DNA from: Candidatus Yanofskybacteria bacterium | Lineage (GTDB): Bacteria; Patescibacteriota; Minisyncoccia; 2-02-FULL-40-12; GWA2-44-9 | Length of the DNA stretch: 64,000 bases | Assembly (NCBI GenBank): GCA_903830625.1 | Contig: CAIKUK010000015.1 | Coordinates: 37 to 64,036 of the forward strand | Direction: 5' to 3' | Shown: positions 60,812 through 64,000 of the stretch, one piece after another | Layout of the letters: each line of letters begins with the position of its first letter | How positions within the stretch are numbered: the stretch's first letter is position 1 | Position numbers and translations under genes: made by a program | Notes under the pieces: model-generated | Seen by the model: only the letters and a program-made list of their open reading frames with translations | What the model was told of the DNA's origin: nothing | The model's database searches: none

Positions 60812-61513
60812 TCATTTGGCGGTTCTTAAGTAAAGTTGCTCTCCGATTGAAAAGGTGGTTGTGGTTATCCAGTATAGTATCAGACCCGCCTGAATATTCC
60901 AACCGATAATCACAATCATGATTGGGAAGAAATAAAGCATCTGAGTATTCAAAGCGGCCATCTGAGGGTTAGCGCCGCCGGCTTTCATGTAGGCCATACT
61001 CTGTTTAGCTTGAATAAATTGCAAAACACCGGCCAAAATAGCCAGAATAATATTCCGACCGGAAATACTAATCAAGCCCAGGAATAGGGGGTTGATAGAA
61101 CCCGGGTTTTGGACAAACGGATACAACATCCCCAAGCTTTGTGGATTTAGGCCAGCGATAAAAACCTGATAGAGCGCTATGAGAATGGGGAGCTGAATCA
61201 ATAAAGGCAAACAACCAGCCAAAGGATTGACGTTGTGTTCTTTGTAGAGTTGCATCATCGCCGCGCCTTGAGCAGCTTGGTCGTGTTTGTGTTTCTCTTT
61301 AATAGCCTGGATGTGAGGATTGATGGCATTTAAAGCCCGCTGGGAACGCTGGGCTTTTATCGAAAGAGGTAAGAAGATAAAACGAATAACAATGGTCAGA
61401 GCGATAATGCCCAGGCCCAAGTCATGATTGGGCATAAAATTAGAAAGAAAAATCAGCGCATTAAAGAGTGGGATATAGATAACAATTTTAAAAAATGAAA
61501 ATATGGAACTCAT
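60812..61513 (-). CDS. yidC: Membrane protein insertase YidC
   Basis: LT..IR..FLPL, LYKEHNVNPLAGCLPLLIQLPI, GL.LYW. Confidence 0.95.
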   Translation of the reverse strand: MSSIFSFFKIVIYIPLFNALIFLSNFMPNHDLGLGIIALTIVIRFIFLPLSIKAQRSQRALNAINPHIQAIKEKHKHDQAAQGAAMMQLYKEHNVNPLAGCLPLLIQLPILIALYQVFIAGLNPQSLGMLYPFVQNPGSINPLFLGLISISGRNIILAILAGVLQFIQAKQSMAYMKAGGANPQMAALNTQMLYFFPIMIVIIGWNIQAGLILYWITTTTFSIGEQLYLRTAK

Positions 61514-61740
61514 GATGGATAATCAACACCTCCCGAAGTTAACGGATTACAGCGTATGATGCGACCCAAAGCTTTCCAGGAACCCCTAATGGCGCCGTGT
61601 TTGTGGACAGCTATTTCGGCATATTCGGAACAGGAGGGATAAAACTTACAGGGCGTATAGACCAGGCCTGGCACTTGAGCCAAACGAAGCCATGATGCCA
61701 CTTGGCGATAAAAGCGAATAAAAAATAGGATAGGATTCAT
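61510..61740 (-). CDS. yidD: Membrane protein insertion efficiency factor
   Basis: CKFYPSCSEYA, RIIRCNP...GG.DYP. Confidence 0.92.
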   Translation of the reverse strand: MNPILFFIRFYRQVASWLRLAQVPGLVYTPCKFYPSCSEYAEIAVHKHGAIRGSWKALGRIIRCNPLTSGGVDYPS

Positions 61741-62075
61741 ATAAATTTGGCTTGACGCAAGACAGCCACAAAATCGTCCCGAATAACTGATGTTTCCGTC
61801 GGGATTTTCTTCGTGACCACTACTACGGTATCGCATGATGGCATATTGGGCAAGCGTTCGGGCCAAACAACATCGGCCAGGAGCCGCCGAACCTTGTTTC
61901 GGAGTACCGCTTTCGGGGCAAACTTGGCCGCGACAATAAAACCGAAGCGCGGATAACCCAGAGAAGACGATAGAAACTTCATGAATAAAAAGGTGCCATT
62001 TAAAGCCTTTCCTTTTTTGAAAACTAAATCAAACTCCTTCTTTTTTTTGAGACGATTCTTGGTAGGGAGAGCCAT
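61737..62075 (-). CDS. rnpA: Ribonuclease P protein component
   Basis: MALPTKNRLKKKKEF..VF, RFGF.V, AVLRNKVRR. Confidence 0.93.
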   Translation of the reverse strand: MALPTKNRLKKKKEFDLVFKKGKALNGTFLFMKFLSSSLGYPRFGFIVAAKFAPKAVLRNKVRRLLADVVWPERLPNMPSCDTVVVVTKKIPTETSVIRDDFVAVLRQAKFI

Positions 62076-62078
62076 GCG

Positions 62079-62156
62079 ATTATAGCCCACGAGTGAAACG
62101 AGTGGCTGCTATAATCAGCACCCGCCTAAGTTTTGCTTCGCAAAATTTAGGCGGGT
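62079..62156 (-). repeat. Family A palindrome plus second hairpin upstream of the rnpA ATG
   Basis: ACCCGCCTAA...TTAGGCGGGT (62120-62156) and GATTATAGC...GCTATAATC (62079-62117). Confidence 0.8.
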
Positions 62157-62195
62157 AAATATTTGCAACCAATCGCTTTGCTCTTGGGCAACTAT

Positions 62196-62342
62196 TTAGA
62201 CAGTCAAACTTTTGCGACCCTTGCGGCGTCGGCGGGCCAGGACAGTTCGACCATTCTTGGTGTGCATGCGGGACAAAAAACCATGTTTTCTTTTGCGCTT
62301 TGCTTTTTTAGGTTTATAGGTGAGAGCGATGGACTTGGACAT
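62196..62342 (-). CDS. rpmH: 50S ribosomal protein L34
   Basis: Manual translation [48 protein letters not shown]. Confidence 0.95.
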   Translation of the reverse strand: MSKSIALTYKPKKAKRKRKHGFLSRMHTKNGRTVLARRRRKGRKSLTV

Positions 62343-62626
62343 AGATAAGCTTATTTAGTTTATTCCAGTATAGCTAAAAAATGGCCCCGGGTCAATTTTA
62401 CCACTGAATCTTTGTGATTAAAAAATAAGTTTGACAATAAAACAAACAACAATACCTTGCTCACAGCACTTCAATGGCATGGTCAATATTTACTATTTTT
62501 TTACACTTGCTATACCCAAAGGAGTGGATTTGATAACTGCGACGACTTATGAACACCATATCCACTGTTCAACGTTTCATAAAAATTTTATTCAGTATAA
62601 TGAACCTGTAATTATCCCACCAATCA
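62343..62626. other. rpmH-dnaA intergenic region, candidate part of oriC
   Basis: Canonical synteny, AT-rich; only degenerate DnaA-box-like words (TTATGAACA, ATATCCACT). Confidence 0.4.
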
Positions 62627-64000
62627 ATGACGAACGAAGAATTATGGAAGGCGGTACTTGGTGAAATGGAGCTCTCTCTGACTCGGGCGAACTTTATTAC
62701 CTGGTTCAAAAACACCACTATCGTCGCCCGAGACCATAGTTCTATTGTCGTTAGTGTTCCCAATGGATTTATCAAAGAATGGCTCGAAAACAAGTTCAAT
62801 AAGAAAATTCTTCAATCTATCCGGGGTCTGACACCGGAGATCAGAGAGGTAAAATACTCCATCGGCAAACCCAAAGCGGAATTGGTACGGCAGGATATAT
62901 CGCGGATTATCCTCGAAAAAGAGCTGGAAGAGAAAACAAATGTTGTCCAAACTGATACTGATGTCGACAATCTCACCAACCTTAACAAGCGCTATTCTTT
63001 TGATTCGTTTGTGGCCGGCTCCAGTAACGATATGGCCCATGCCGCTTGTTTAGCCGTCACTAAAAACTTGGGGAAGGTTTACAACCCACTTTTTATCTAC
63101 GGTAATGTCGGCTTAGGTAAGACCCACTTGATCCAGGCGGTAGGGAATCGGGTCGCAGAAAACAAAGAACGAAAAGTTTTATACCTCCAAGCCGAACGCT
63201 TTGCGGCCCAAATCGTCGAAGCGATTATGAATCGAACTATTGAGGACTTGAAAGGGCAGTACGCCCGGCTCGACCTCCTTATTCTTGACGATGTTCAGTT
63301 TATTGCCGGCAAAGTAAAGGCCCAAGAAATTGTTTTTTCCACTTTTAATGAACTCTATGGAAAGAATAAGCAAATCATTTTATCGTCGGACCGGCCACCG
63401 GCGGCTATTCCAACTTTAGAAGAACGCCTCCGATCACGCTTTGAAGGCGGGATGATTGCTGATGTCGGCGTGCCCGACCTGGAGACTCGTTTAGCCATCT
63501 TGAAACAGAAGCTGATTGGTAAAAATGTAGATTTAAATGAAGAAATACTTTCTTATATCGCCACCCATATGCAGAAAAATATTCGCGAATTGGAAGGCGC
63601 TCTTAACCGAGTGGTAGCTTTCACTCAGATCTACAACAAGGTGCCGGAAATTAAAGAAGTCAAAAATATTCTCAACACTTACCTCAGTACGCCATACCGA
63701 AAAACTTCACCTCAAGTTATACTGAAGGCGGTGGCTGATTTTTATAACATTTCCGCCGCTGACCTTATTAAAAGGAGCCGTAAAAAAGAAGTGGTTCGAC
63801 CCAGACAGGTGGCCATGTTCTTATTGCGCGATGAAACAAAGCTTTCATTTCCCGAGATTGGCCAAAAACTTGGCGGCAGAGATCACTCCACAGTTATTCA
63901 TGCTTGTGAAAAAATAAGAAACGAATCAACAATTGATGAGCCTCTTAAACAAGAACTGACTTTAATCAAAGAACGTGTGTATAACTCTTTTGATAAGTAG
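62627..64000 (+). CDS. dnaA: Chromosomal replication initiator DnaA
   Basis: YNPLFIYGNVGLGKTHL, LDDVQF, RLRSRF.GG, GGRDHSTVIHA. Confidence 0.98.
   Translation: MTNEELWKAVLGEMELSLTRANFITWFKNTTIVARDHSSIVVSVPNGFIKEWLENKFNKKILQSIRGLTPEIREVKYSIGKPKAELVRQDISRIILEKELEEKTNVVQTDTDVDNLTNLNKRYSFDSFVAGSSNDMAHAACLAVTKNLGKVYNPLFIYGNVGLGKTHLIQAVGNRVAENKERKVLYLQAERFAAQIVEAIMNRTIEDLKGQYARLDLLILDDVQFIAGKVKAQEIVFSTFNELYGKNKQIILSSDRPPAAIPTLEERLRSRFEGGMIADVGVPDLETRLAILKQKLIGKNVDLNEEILSYIATHMQKNIRELEGALNRVVAFTQIYNKVPEIKEVKNILNTYLSTPYRKTSPQVILKAVADFYNISAADLIKRSRKKEVVRPRQVAMFLLRDETKLSFPEIGQKLGGRDHSTVIHACEKIRNESTIDEPLKQELTLIKERVYNSFDK

Overview
Origin-proximal chromosomal segment of a small-genome bacterium. Gene content and style (short IF-2, type IV pilus operon, VirB4/PrgI/VirB6-like cluster, few Shine-Dalgarno sites) suggest Patescibacteria/CPR, probably Parcubacteria; this is inference. 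It carries housekeeping genes (holA, mutM, polA, tsaE, pnp, rpsO, xer, infB, murI, ligA, gatCA, uppS, cca, dut, NAD kinase, pcrA, rsmA, yidC/yidD/rnpA/rpmH, dnaA), competence genes (yraN, comM, comF), a type IV pilus cluster, a T4SS-like cluster and 8 tRNAs. Most notable: (1) a family of structured palindromic elements inserted exactly at the start codons of xer and pilN (ATG duplicated as GTG) and in frame in a pilin leader; (2) two further dispersed palindromic families, one forming a conserved double-hairpin leader directly before mutM, pilB and rnpA; (3) a 63-nt in-frame palindrome in pcrA; (4) four free-standing putative endonuclease genes abutting intact tRNA genes; (5) a rare tRNA-Ser with anticodon ACT; (6) a dense TGTCAC motif array over a promoter that drives a short structured transcript. 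All calls were made by eye, without database searches.
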